A DNA stretch of 64,000 bases. Source: Cyclobacteriaceae bacterium (lineage in GTDB: Bacteria > Bacteroidota > Bacteroidia > Cytophagales > Cyclobacteriaceae). A program made the translations under genes and the position numbers. Below the pieces are notes generated by a model that saw only the letters and a list, made by a program, of their open reading frames with translations, made no database searches and had not been told where the DNA came from. Shown one piece after another: positions 46,907 to 55,846 of the stretch; position 1 is the first letter of the stretch, and every line of letters starts with the position of its first letter. The stretch is from the NCBI GenBank assembly GCA_049645705.1, contig JBARUK010000004.1, positions 105,873 to 169,872 of the forward strand, read 5' to 3'.

Positions 46907-47945
46907 AATTTGCCAGTTCGCTTAATAGTTTGTCATTCTCTTCGGCTGTGCCTACAGTAATACGAAGGCAGTTGTCGCACAACTGCACTTTGCTCCGGTC
47001 TCTTACGATCACACCCCTGCCCACCAGGTATCGGTACATATCTACTGCATCTCCGTTCATTTCTGCCAGAATAAAATTAGCATCTGAGGGGTAGGTCCTT
47101 TTCACCTGGTCCATATGGCCTAATTTCCTGTCTACAAGATCGCGCTGGGCTATGAGCTCTTCGACAAGTGCATCCTTCTCTTTATCCTTATCCAGTGCTT
47201 CCAGAGCTACCTTCTGGGTAAGGCTGTTCACATTATATGGTGGTTTGATCCGGTCCATGATGCTTACTACCTCAGGTGAGGCAAAGGCCATACCCAATCG
47301 CAGACCGGCCATGCCCCATGCTTTGCTGAAGGTCTGTAATACCACAAGATTCGGGTAGGCCTCCAGGTCGGCTATATGACTTTCTCTCCGGCTAAAATCG
47401 ATGTAGGCTTCGTCTACTACCACAAGTCCGTCAAAGCTCTGCAGGAGTGAATACACCCTTTCCGGATCCATATCATTACCAGTAGGGTTGTTTGGTGAGC
47501 ACAGGAAGAGCATTTTGGTATGCTCATCAATGGCTGCCATAACGCGGTCTACATCCGGCTGGTAATCCGGTGTCAGCAGCACCTTTCTCACCTCTATATC
47601 ATTTATACCGGCTGATACTGTGTACATTCCATATGTAGGTGGCAGTATGATCACGTTATCTGTACCAGGCTGGCAAAAGGCCCGGAACAGCAAGTCGATC
47701 GCCTCATCACTCCCGTTGCCCAGAAAGATCCGGTCGGTGCTTATGTTCTTTAGCCCGGCTACCTTCTCTTTCAAAAGCCGCTGGTGCGGATCAGGATAGC
47801 GATTCACACCATGCCCCCCGGTTATATCGAAGGGGTTCTCATTGGCATCCAGGTACACTGAGGCTGATCCGCTGTACTCGTCGCGTGCGCTGGAATACGG
47901 CACCAGGTTCACCAGGTGGGGGCGCAAAAGTTTATTCAGCTCCAT
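46896..47945 (-). CDS. hisC: Histidinol-phosphate aminotransferase
   Basis: 349 aa class-II aminotransferase with a PLP lysine in [14 protein letters not shown]. Confidence 0.9.
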   Translation of the reverse strand: MELNKLLRPHLVNLVPYSSARDEYSGSASVYLDANENPFDITGGHGVNRYPDPHQRLLKEKVAGLKNISTDRIFLGNGSDEAIDLLFRAFCQPGTDNVIILPPTYGMYTVSAGINDIEVRKVLLTPDYQPDVDRVMAAIDEHTKMLFLCSPNNPTGNDMDPERVYSLLQSFDGLVVVDEAYIDFSRRESHIADLEAYPNLVVLQTFSKAWGMAGLRLGMAFASPEVVSIMDRIKPPYNVNSLTQKVALEALDKDKEKDALVEELIAQRDLVDRKLGHMDQVKRTYPSDANFILAEMNGDAVDMYRYLVGRGVIVRDRSKVQLCDNCLRITVGTAEENDKLLSELANYEQ

Positions 47946-49230
47946 TTTCAGAGATATGTTTTAACCTCACCGATACGGCATTTTTATGTGCCTGAAGCTC
48001 TTCTGCTGCCGCCATTATTTCTATGGCAGGGCCAATATTCCCCAGACCTTCGGGGCTGATCTGCTGGAAAGTGATCTTCCGCACGAAGCTATCTACACTT
48101 ACGCCACTGTAGGCTTTAGCATAGCCATTGGTAGGTAGCGTGTGGTTAGTACCGGAGGCATAGTCACCGGCAGACTCAGGGGTGTAGTTACCCAGAAATA
48201 CCGATCCTGCATTGATGACCTTCTTCCCCATTTTCTCTGCATTTTTTACAGCCAATATGAGGTGCTCAGGTCCGTATTCATTGATCAGGTCCATGACCTC
48301 ATTATCGTTCTTTACAAGAATGGCCACACTGTTTTCCAGGGACTTTTCGGCCAGCATACGCCGGGGCAGGTGCTCCAGTTGGCTGTCTACCTCTTTGCTT
48401 ACCTTTTCCAATACTTCCGAAGAGGTACTTACCAGTACCACCTGGCTGTCTGCGCCATGCTCGGCCTGTGAGAGCAGGTCGGCGGCTATAAATGCAGGAG
48501 GGCATGACTCATCTGCCACTACAGCCACTTCACTGGGGCCAGCCGGCATGTCTATGGCTATACCATAGCGGGCCACGTATTGCTTGGCGGCAGTAACATA
48601 CTGGTTGCCCGGCCCGAATATCTTATGTACGCGCGGTACACTGTCTGTACCGAAGGTCATGGCCGCAATGGCCTGGGCACCCCCGGCTTTGACTATATGT
48701 GTTACGCCCACCTTATCGGCAGCGTACAGAATGGCGGGGTGAATATTGCCCTTCAGGTTGGGAGGTGTAGTGAGCACGATCTGGCTGCAACCAGCCAGCA
48801 TAGCCGGTATGCCCAGCATAAGTACGGTACTGAACAGCGGAGCGGTACCGCCGGGTACGTACAGCCCTACTTTCTCTATAGGTACGGACTTGCGGCTGCA
48901 GGTAACACCCGGCATGGTTTCTACTGTAAGCACATCGTCTACCTGATTTTTATGAAAGGCAGTAATGTTATTTATGGCCACATCGATGGCTTCCCGTAAC
49001 GCCTGGGGTACCAGGTCTTTTGCGGCGGAGGTTTCCTCAGGCGTTACCAGCAGGTTTTCCAGCTTTACGTGGTCGTATTCTTCGGCCAGTTTATACAAAG
49101 CCTTATCTCCCTTGCGCTTTACTTTTCTGATAATAGGCTTTATGACCTTCTTTACCGTCTTACGGTCGTGTGCAGGCCTGGCAAGCAGAGTTTCCCAGGT
49201 TTCCCTGGCAGGGTTCCTGACTATTTTCAT
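47932..49230 (-). CDS. hisD: Histidinol dehydrogenase
   Basis: 432 aa with conserved HisD blocks (QAEHGADSQ, GPGNQYV). Confidence 0.9.
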   Translation of the reverse strand: MKIVRNPARETWETLLARPAHDRKTVKKVIKPIIRKVKRKGDKALYKLAEEYDHVKLENLLVTPEETSAAKDLVPQALREAIDVAINNITAFHKNQVDDVLTVETMPGVTCSRKSVPIEKVGLYVPGGTAPLFSTVLMLGIPAMLAGCSQIVLTTPPNLKGNIHPAILYAADKVGVTHIVKAGGAQAIAAMTFGTDSVPRVHKIFGPGNQYVTAAKQYVARYGIAIDMPAGPSEVAVVADESCPPAFIAADLLSQAEHGADSQVVLVSTSSEVLEKVSKEVDSQLEHLPRRMLAEKSLENSVAILVKNDNEVMDLINEYGPEHLILAVKNAEKMGKKVINAGSVFLGNYTPESAGDYASGTNHTLPTNGYAKAYSGVSVDSFVRKITFQQISPEGLGNIGPAIEIMAAAEELQAHKNAVSVRLKHISENGAE

Positions 49231-50078
49231 ACGATCATACTTTCAATAGGCACTACTAATATACCCTGGGCACCATTGTTTTTCAGTTCTTCCACTACCT
49301 CCCAGTAGTCGTCTTCAGCCATAACGGAATGTACACTACTCCATCCACTAGTCGCAAGGGGCAGTACGGTGGGGCTTTTCATGCCTGGCAACAGGCTGAT
49401 AATACGCTCCAGGTTTTCATTAGGTGCGTTGAGCAAAATATACTTATTTTTGGCTCCGGATTGTACGGCATCCATCCTGAAAAGTAATTTTTCAAGTAAT
49501 GCATCCTGTTCGGTCCCCAGGCTTTTATTGCTGATCAGCACAGCCTCTGACCTCATGATGGTCTCGACCTCCTTTAGGCCGTTGGACAGCAAGGTACTGC
49601 CTGTACTGACTATGTCGCATATGGCAGCCGAAAGGCCAATGCTGGGGGCTATCTCCACGGAGCCACTTATCTCATGCAGGTCAGCAGAAAGACCTTTTTC
49701 ATCGAGCCACTTCTGCAGCACTACAGGATACGAGGTAGCTATACTTTTATCTCTCAGGTCTTCCGGACTATTGTATGTATCACCTTTGGGTATGGCTATG
49801 GAAAGGCGGCACTTGCTAAACCCTAATTTTTTTCTGAGGACTACGTCTTTCTTTTTTTCCACCATCACGTTTTCCCCTACTATGCCCAGATCAGCCACTC
49901 CATCGGCTACGTAACCGGGTATATCATCGTCCCTCAGAAACAGGAACTCAAGCGGGAAATTGGTGGCGGAGGATTTTAGTCTGCCGGTACCGCGGCTGAA
50001 CCTGATACCACATTCACGGAAAAGGCTAAGGGTGTCATCGCTTAGTCTGCCGGATTTTTGAATAGCAACTTTGATCAT
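49227..50078 (-). CDS. hisG: ATP phosphoribosyltransferase, long form with C-terminal regulatory domain
   Basis: 283 aa. The start codon overlaps the hisD stop (ATGA). Confidence 0.9.
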   Translation of the reverse strand: MIKVAIQKSGRLSDDTLSLFRECGIRFSRGTGRLKSSATNFPLEFLFLRDDDIPGYVADGVADLGIVGENVMVEKKKDVVLRKKLGFSKCRLSIAIPKGDTYNSPEDLRDKSIATSYPVVLQKWLDEKGLSADLHEISGSVEIAPSIGLSAAICDIVSTGSTLLSNGLKEVETIMRSEAVLISNKSLGTEQDALLEKLLFRMDAVQSGAKNKYILLNAPNENLERIISLLPGMKSPTVLPLATSGWSSVHSVMAEDDYWEVVEELKNNGAQGILVVPIESMIV

Positions 50079-50104
50079 GCTAGTATATAAAGAAGATTTC
50101 TTAA

Positions 50105-50140
50105 TGAATTAGAAGAAACAGATAGGCTGTAACAGCCTCG
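50105..50140 (-). terminator. Candidate attenuator terminator between the His leader ORF and hisG
   Basis: On the minus strand, an AGGCTG-tta-CAGCCT hairpin is followed by the U-rich tract AUCUGUUUCUUCU. It lies about 30 nt after the leader stop and about 50 nt before the hisG ATG. Confidence 0.4.
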
Positions 50141-50169
50141 GAGGGGGCAATATAGTATATGAATTCCTC

Positions 50170-50259
50170 TTACGAGGAATGATGGAAATGATGCACACTA
50201 TGAGCAGCAGCAAAGGAAGCTGCAGTATGAAGGGCGGTATGGTGCATCCGAAGGATCAT
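50170..50259 (-). CDS. hisL: Candidate his operon leader peptide (29 aa, 8 His)
   Basis: ATG...TAA on the hisG strand encodes MILRMHHTALHTAASFAAAHSVHHFHHSS. The His cluster HHFHH sits 2 codons before the stop. A TATATTTG -7-like motif lies just upstream (coordinates 50268-50275). Confidence 0.55.
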   Translation of the reverse strand: MILRMHHTALHTAASFAAAHSVHHFHHSS

Positions 50260-50318
50260 TGCGATAGCAAATATAGTAATTGGCCGGAGAAAAAAAAGAA
50301 GTTAGGTGGCAGGGCCGC

Positions 50319-50612
50319 TCAGTACCCTACACTGATCCGCCTGGGCCTTGCTGGCTCAAGATACGACAAGATCTCCCGTAACTGACTGTCTATAAGAGAT
50401 CTGATATCATCAAAGTTGGAAGCGCAACTCTTCTTAAAGGCGTTCATGTTTTTCTCTATCTCTCGTTTCTTAATATTGATCATATTAAGAATGCGGTATC
50501 TATCAGAAGGATCAAGATGAGAACTGCTGTTCTTCCATTCTTCGATCATCTCGTATACGCTCTCAAGCTTGTTTACAATATTAGTGTCGGATGAGTTATA
50601 TGCTACGTGCAT
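50319..50612 (-). CDS. Hypothetical protein (97 aa)
   Basis: Clean ORF with no recognisable motif. Confidence 0.4.
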   Translation of the reverse strand: MHVAYNSSDTNIVNKLESVYEMIEEWKNSSSHLDPSDRYRILNMINIKKREIEKNMNAFKKSCASNFDDIRSLIDSQLREILSYLEPARPRRISVGY

Positions 50613-50793
50613 GACTTAAAGAGTAAAAAAAATTACCTGCTATTACAGCAAAAAATAATGCCCGCAATAGGATTTTACACAGCGGATCAATCAACCTATC
50701 TGATTACGAGCATTCTACTAATTAGTATAATAGGAAAAGTTTAAAAATTGTTCCTAAAAAACAACGATAAATATAATTTGCCTATTTTTCTAA

Positions 50794-51507
50794 TTAAAAA
50801 TACGCATTTGACAGTTCAAAGGTTTCCTTCGAGCTGTCCAGCAATTTACCTTTTTCGCATTTTAGCATGCGGGCAGGATACTGTTTTATGAAATTATAAT
50901 TGTGCGTAGCCATTACGACAGCAGTACCCTGCTTGTTGATATCGAGAAACAACCTGAAGATACCGTCTGACACCTCGGGATCGAGGTTTCCGGTAGGCTC
51001 ATCGGCAATAAGCATAACAGGTTCATTGATCAGCGCGCGGGCTATCACTACTCTCTGCTGCTCTCCGCCGGATAGCTGGTGAGGCATTTTAGTGCCTACA
51101 GACCCTAGCCCTACCTGCATCAGTACTTCTGCCAGGCGGGTTTTCATCTTTCGTTTCTCTTTCCACCCTGTTGCTTTCATAACAAAGAACAGGTTCTCTG
51201 CCACGGAACGATCGGGAAATAACTGAAAGTCCTGGAAAACGATACCAAGCTTGCGGCGAAGATAGGGCACCTTAGTGCGGCGAAGCGTGCGTATATCGTA
51301 TCCGGCTACGTTAATACTGCCCAGCCTGAGCGGAAGGTCTGCGTACAGGGTTTTGAGCAGAGAGCTTTTACCGCTTCCGGTACGACCGATAAGGTAAACG
51401 AACTCGCCCTTTTCGATCTGAAAAGTGATATCATTAAGTATAGTCTGATGCTCCTGAAATATGCAGGCATCTTTTACGGAGACTATGGGGTCGGATGAAA
51501 AGCTCAT
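50794..51507 (-). CDS. ftsE: FtsE-like ABC ATPase (cell-division ATP-binding protein family)
   Basis: Walker A GRTGSGKSS, signature LSGGEQQRV and Walker B LIADEPTGNLD. 237 aa with no fused permease. Confidence 0.65.
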   Translation of the reverse strand: MSFSSDPIVSVKDACIFQEHQTILNDITFQIEKGEFVYLIGRTGSGKSSLLKTLYADLPLRLGSINVAGYDIRTLRRTKVPYLRRKLGIVFQDFQLFPDRSVAENLFFVMKATGWKEKRKMKTRLAEVLMQVGLGSVGTKMPHQLSGGEQQRVVIARALINEPVMLIADEPTGNLDPEVSDGIFRLFLDINKQGTAVVMATHNYNFIKQYPARMLKCEKGKLLDSSKETFELSNAYF

Positions 51508-51719
51508 TACACGTCTAGTTTTTGCAATTTACCAAAAGGCAGCTTTTCTATCAACGCTGCCAGCTCTTCTTCCTTTCCCTTCAGACCATATTTTTCCAGA
51601 TTTTTCAATGGCCGGTCTGCCCTGAAGTATGCGACGAGAACGAAATTCTCGTCGCGTAACTGTATATAATCGGGGATCTTGGCTTTACCTTTTACCTTAA
51701 TGATATATAGTCCTTCCAA
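51507..51719 (-). CDS. Hypothetical small protein (70 aa)
   Basis: Its stop overlaps the ftsE start (ATGA). No recognisable motif. Confidence 0.4.
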   Translation of the reverse strand: MEGLYIIKVKGKAKIPDYIQLRDENFVLVAYFRADRPLKNLEKYGLKGKEEELAALIEKLPFGKLQKLDV

Positions 51720-51731
51720 ATCAGCCTGTCC

Positions 51732-52388
51732 TTAACCGTTGTTTTTCTTGTGATCGGCCAGGAATTTCTCCAGTCCGCTATCGGTAAGGGGGTGTTTGAG
51801 CAGGCCGGTAATAACGCTGAGAGGGCAGGTAACCACATCGGCGCCCATTTCAGCACACTCTATTAGGTGCATGGTGTGGCGAACGGATGCTGCCAATACT
51901 TCGGTGCCAAAATCATACTGATCGTAGATAGTGACTATCTGGCTAATGAGGGCCAGACCATCGGTAGCGATATCATCCAGGCGACCTATGAAAGGAGAAA
52001 CATAGTTAGCACCGGCTTTGGCGGCCAGTATGGCCTGCCCGGCAGAAAATACCAGCGTACAGTTAGTCCTGATGCCGTTATTGGAAAAGTATTTGAGAGC
52101 CTTAACACCGTCACGGATCATAGGTACTTTTACTACAATCTTATCATCTATCTTAGCAAGAGACTCCCCTTCCTTAACGATGTTATCATAATCAGTGGCA
52201 ATTACCTCTGCGCTTACATTATTATCAACAATATCACAGATAGCCTTATAGTGATTGCGGACGTTCTCTTCACCTTTAATGCCTTCTTTGGCCATCAGGC
52301 TCGGGTTGGTGGTTACGCCGTCCAGTACGCCAAGGTCCTGGGCTTCTTTGATGTCGTCTAGGTTAGCAGTATCAATAAAAAATTTCAT
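51732..52388 (-). CDS. Transaldolase family 3B / fructose-6-phosphate aldolase
   Basis: 218 aa. MKFFIDTANLDDIKEA...GVTTNPSL is the Fsa/Tal-3B signature, with a Schiff-base Lys region. Confidence 0.85.
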   Translation of the reverse strand: MKFFIDTANLDDIKEAQDLGVLDGVTTNPSLMAKEGIKGEENVRNHYKAICDIVDNNVSAEVIATDYDNIVKEGESLAKIDDKIVVKVPMIRDGVKALKYFSNNGIRTNCTLVFSAGQAILAAKAGANYVSPFIGRLDDIATDGLALISQIVTIYDQYDFGTEVLAASVRHTMHLIECAEMGADVVTCPLSVITGLLKHPLTDSGLEKFLADHKKNNG

Positions 52389-52465
52389 AAAAGAAGAGGT
52401 TATAGGTATAGTGCAAATCTACGCAGTAATAAAGAGAAAATGCAGGAAAAAATACCATCGGTGGG

Positions 52466-52566
52466 AAAAAAAATGGCAAATCAAGTGTCGCGCCGCTACG
52501 ACTACCTACCCTTGCTTCCTTCCGGACCTGGGGGAGTTCGGCAGGAGCTGGCCGCACTGATTTGCC
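52466..52566 (-). ncRNA. ffs: Signal recognition particle RNA (small 4.5S type)
   Basis: The minus strand contains the domain-IV consensus CCCCCAGGUCCGGAAGGAAGCA. The 5' GGCAAAUCA pairs with the 3' UGAUUUGCC (one long hairpin), and the RNA ends in U8. Confidence 0.85.
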
Positions 52567-52600
52567 GATGTAAAAGTAAGAAGAATATTTTCTCTGTCAA
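52567..52600 (-). promoter_or_regulatory. Candidate sigma-A promoter for ffs (TTG, 19 nt, TACTTTTA)
   Basis: On the minus strand: TTGacagagaaaatattcttct TACTTTTA catc, followed by the GGCAAATC RNA start. Confidence 0.45.
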
Positions 52601-52635
52601 ACACCTTGACCATTTTGTGAAAAAAAGCAGTACGG

Positions 52636-52896
52636 CTATGAGCCTGCCCCTATACCTTTCAGATAAAGGTTGAATTCCAGAGGGCTGCCGGTGACAAAAC
52701 CATCGGCCTCAAGGTCATCGAATATCTCATCGTCAAAGTGACGTTTGGTCTTTTCCACAGTACCATCCGCAAATACCAGTAGTTCTATCCCTTTATACTC
52801 ATTGGGGTCTACCTGCACCAGGATGGTCACTTCCTCCAGTTCTTTCTTATAATATTGGTGTACGGTATTGCTATACTTCATATCAGGTTCATACAT
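52636..52896 (-). CDS. Hypothetical small protein (86 aa)
   Basis: Clean ORF in tandem with the acidic 66-aa ORF. Confidence 0.4.
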   Translation of the reverse strand: MYEPDMKYSNTVHQYYKKELEEVTILVQVDPNEYKGIELLVFADGTVEKTKRHFDDEIFDDLEADGFVTGSPLEFNLYLKGIGAGS

Positions 52897-52974
52897 ACAG
52901 GAAAACAGTGTGTTGCTACCAGCAAAAAAATAAGTCCTGTACGGACTTATTAGTATATGAACTGAAAGAAATCT

Positions 52975-53175
52975 TCAGTCCCAATCATCTTCCTCATCGT
53001 TGCCCCAGTCGTCATAGGCCTGCTCATTCCCTCCGGAACCCCAGTCCTCATCTTCCAGGTCATCGCCAAAGTCGTACATTTCCCTACGGATATCTTCATC
53101 GAAGTCCGTATCATCATCGTTGTTATCGAACCCGAAGACCCCGTCTTCCGGTTCGTCTCTGTGATCAAATGCCAT
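52975..53175 (-). CDS. Highly acidic D/E/W-rich small protein (66 aa)
   Basis: About 45% Asp+Glu with repeated DDW/DWG motifs. No homolog recognised. Confidence 0.4.
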   Translation of the reverse strand: MAFDHRDEPEDGVFGFDNNDDDTDFDEDIRREMYDFGDDLEDEDWGSGGNEQAYDDWGNDEEDDWD

Positions 53176-53388
53176 TTTAAGTTAAAAAAAACAATTGCCG
53201 GTTACTTAACTAAAACAAACAGTCTCAAGAAATTACCCTCTCCGACTATCATGTCTTACTACAATATCGAAAAAACCTTTCTTATAGTTCTGCTTTATTT
53301 ACCGTTTGTATAATTTTTTTTCCGTAGTGTATCCATGAGTATTAACTTGTACCATTTAACGATATTCCATAAATAGGATAGGTAACAG

Positions 53389-55470
53389 ATGAAAAAATAT
53401 TGGTTGAAAGCCTGCCTGTTCGTCGCTATGCCCGGGATGCTGCTTACAGTAGCCTGTGATGACGATGACAACGGGTCAGACGATGATAATAACGCTACTG
53501 AGACCACTGAAGCACGTCAGGGGATCACTGTAAGCAATATGGACACTACGGCCAACCCCGGTGAAGATTTTTACCAGTATGTGAACGGCCAGTGGATGAG
53601 CGACACGGAAATTCCGGCAGATGAGAACTCATGGGGTAGTTTTTACGAACTGCGCGACCGGAATCAGGAGATACTGCTGGATGTGCTGAACAAAGCTACA
53701 TCTGATGAAAGCCTGGCTGAAGACAGCGATGAACGCAAGGCCGGACTTTTCTATAAAGTAGGCATGGACAGTGCCCTGGCAGAAGAGCAGGGTGCCAAGC
53801 CTCTGCAGCCTGTCCTAGATAAGATCAAAGCAGTAAATACTAAAGAAGAGCTAATAGACCTGGTGGCCTGGATGCACAGCCACAACCTGGGCGGTATGTA
53901 CGGCCAGTTCATATATCAGGATATGAAGATCTCAGACAAAATGGCCCTGTACCTTTCTCAGGGAGGTCTTGGTCTGCCAGATAGAGACTATTACCTAAGC
54001 AATGGCAGTGATAAGGTACAAAACCGTGAGGACTACCAGGCTCACATTGCCAATATGCTGAAACTGGCAGGGTATGAAGACCAGAAAGCAAGTGATGCCG
54101 CCGCTAATATCGTAAAGATAGAAACCAGGATGGCTGAAGCAACCATGCCTCGTGTAGACATGCGTAACCCGGATAATGTCTATAATAAAATGGCGGTAAG
54201 CGAACTGAACAGTATGGTGCCAAACCTCCGGATCAATGCTGCACTGAAAGGTCTGGGGATCAACAACGTAGATACACTGATCGTAAGGCAGCCAGAATTC
54301 TTTAAAGAACTGAATGCGATGATCGGCGAAGAAAGCGTGGATCAGTGGAAGGACTACCTGGCCTGGCATGCTACCAGTAATATGGCCACCTACCTGAGCA
54401 ATGATTTTGTAACAGAAAATTTCGACTTCTATTCACGCAAACTGAGCGGCTCTGATGAGATGAAGCCTCGCTGGAAGCGTATAATGAGCGCAACCAACCG
54501 TGCCATGGGCGAAGCTCTTGGCAAGTTGTATGTAGCCGAAGCATTTCCTCCGGAGGCGAAGCAGAATGCAGCAGAACTGGTAGAGAATCTGAAGGAAGCA
54601 TTCCGTCAGCGACTGAACAACCTGGAATGGATGTCTGATGAGACTAAAGAGGAAGCCCGTAAAAAGCTGGAGTCATTTGTAGTGAAAATAGGCTATCCTG
54701 ATGAATGGGAAGATTACAGCAGTCTGGATATCACCGAAGACTCTTACGCTCAAAATATAATGAATGCCAATGTATTCAGCCACAAGCGTGAAGTGAACAA
54801 GCTGGGCAACCCTGTAGATGAAAAGGAATGGGGCATGACACCACAGACGGTAAATGCTTATTATAACCCGGTAATGAACGAAATCGTGTTTCCTGCTGCT
54901 ATCCTGCAGCCTCCCTTCTACGACTACAAGGCAGATGCCGCTATCAACTACGGTGGTATAGGTGCTGTGATCGGCCACGAGATCACTCACGGTTTTGATG
55001 ATCAGGGAAGCCGCTACGATGCGGAAGGTAACCTGCGCAACTGGTGGAGCGAAGAAGACAGAGAGCGTTTTGAGAAGCTAACTAAGAGACTCTCGGCGCA
55101 GTATGGCGAATATCTGGTCAATGACAGCCTGCAGGTAAACGGCGACCTTACGCTGGGTGAGAATATCGCTGACCTTGGCGGACTGGCTATGGCTTACGAT
55201 GCCCTTCAGAACCACCTGGAAGAAAACGGCAGACCAGGCAAGATAGATGGTTATACTCCTGAGCAGCGTTTCTTCCTGTCATGGGGACAGATATGGCGCA
55301 TAAAGGACCGTCCTGAGACGGCCAAGCAGAAGATCCTTGTAGATCCTCATGCTCCCGGACGCTATCGTGTGGTTGGCCCGCTGGCTAACCTGCCTACCTT
55401 CAGCGACGCGTTCGACCTCCGTGAAGAGGCGATGACTGATGCCGATACAACTATGATCAGTATCTGGTAA
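53389..55470 (+). CDS. M13-family zinc metalloendopeptidase (neprilysin/PepO-like) lipoprotein
   Basis: HEITHGFD zinc motif, a downstream ExxxD motif (GENIADLGG), N-terminal lipobox. Confidence 0.9.
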   Translation: MKKYWLKACLFVAMPGMLLTVACDDDDNGSDDDNNATETTEARQGITVSNMDTTANPGEDFYQYVNGQWMSDTEIPADENSWGSFYELRDRNQEILLDVLNKATSDESLAEDSDERKAGLFYKVGMDSALAEEQGAKPLQPVLDKIKAVNTKEELIDLVAWMHSHNLGGMYGQFIYQDMKISDKMALYLSQGGLGLPDRDYYLSNGSDKVQNREDYQAHIANMLKLAGYEDQKASDAAANIVKIETRMAEATMPRVDMRNPDNVYNKMAVSELNSMVPNLRINAALKGLGINNVDTLIVRQPEFFKELNAMIGEESVDQWKDYLAWHATSNMATYLSNDFVTENFDFYSRKLSGSDEMKPRWKRIMSATNRAMGEALGKLYVAEAFPPEAKQNAAELVENLKEAFRQRLNNLEWMSDETKEEARKKLESFVVKIGYPDEWEDYSSLDITEDSYAQNIMNANVFSHKREVNKLGNPVDEKEWGMTPQTVNAYYNPVMNEIVFPAAILQPPFYDYKADAAINYGGIGAVIGHEITHGFDDQGSRYDAEGNLRNWWSEEDRERFEKLTKRLSAQYGEYLVNDSLQVNGDLTLGENIADLGGLAMAYDALQNHLEENGRPGKIDGYTPEQRFFLSWGQIWRIKDRPETAKQKILVDPHAPGRYRVVGPLANLPTFSDAFDLREEAMTDADTTMISIW

Positions 55471-55495
55471 TCCAGATTACTATAAAGTAGCAATG

Positions 55496-55531
55496 AACCG
55501 CTCATCTGTTTATACGGATGAGCGGTTTTTT
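55496..55531 (+). terminator. Intrinsic terminator after the M13 peptidase gene
   Basis: AACCGCTCATC-loop-GATGAGCGGTT (11 bp) followed by TTTTT. Confidence 0.7.
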
Positions 55532-55649
55532 ATTAACCATACCAAGAAGGTGCTTGGGCGCAGACATATAGACTATACCCATACTCGCTTTTCTTATTAT
55601 TAATTGTTACTTTGAGGCTATTAATATTTAACCTTATAACATTTTTTTT

Positions 55650-55751
55650 TATGGGAAGAGGAGATAAGAAGACTAGAAAAGGCAAGATCAGCAAGGGAAC
55701 CTTCGGTGTTGCGCGTCCGCATAAGTCTAAAAAGACTGGAGCAACTGCTAA
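55650..55751 (+). CDS. 30S ribosomal protein bTHX (33 aa), not in the ORF track
   Basis: MGRGDKKTRKGKISKGTFGVARPHKSKKTGGNC matches the THX pattern (Thermus [25 protein letters not shown]). Confidence 0.55.
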
Positions 55752-55808
55752 GGAAGAAGATAGCGATAAGAAGAAGTAACTGACCGCCATATTGCGGTTC
55801 TGAATTAA

Positions 55809-55846
55809 CCTCGTTACCGGCCCCCGGGAATGAGGTTTATTTATTT
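55809..55846 (+). terminator. Probable terminator after the bTHX gene
   Basis: An imperfect long stem (CCTCGTT...AATGAGG enclosing CCGG/CCGG) followed by TTTATTTATTT. Confidence 0.4.

Noticed and set aside
50179-50385. 68-aa + strand ORF MMEMMHTMSSSKG...
   Set aside because: It is the antisense of the His-rich leader ORF, which is far better supported by its context (same strand as hisG, 90 nt upstream, followed by hairpin plus U-tract).
52372-52673. ORF-track calls 52440..52673 (+) and 52372..52557 (-)
   Set aside because: The region encodes SRP RNA on the minus strand (domain-IV consensus, paired termini, U8 tail).
55533-55790. 85-aa minus-strand ORF overlapping the bTHX gene
   Set aside because: It is antisense to a recognisable THX ribosomal protein ORF with its own terminator, and it has no motif.
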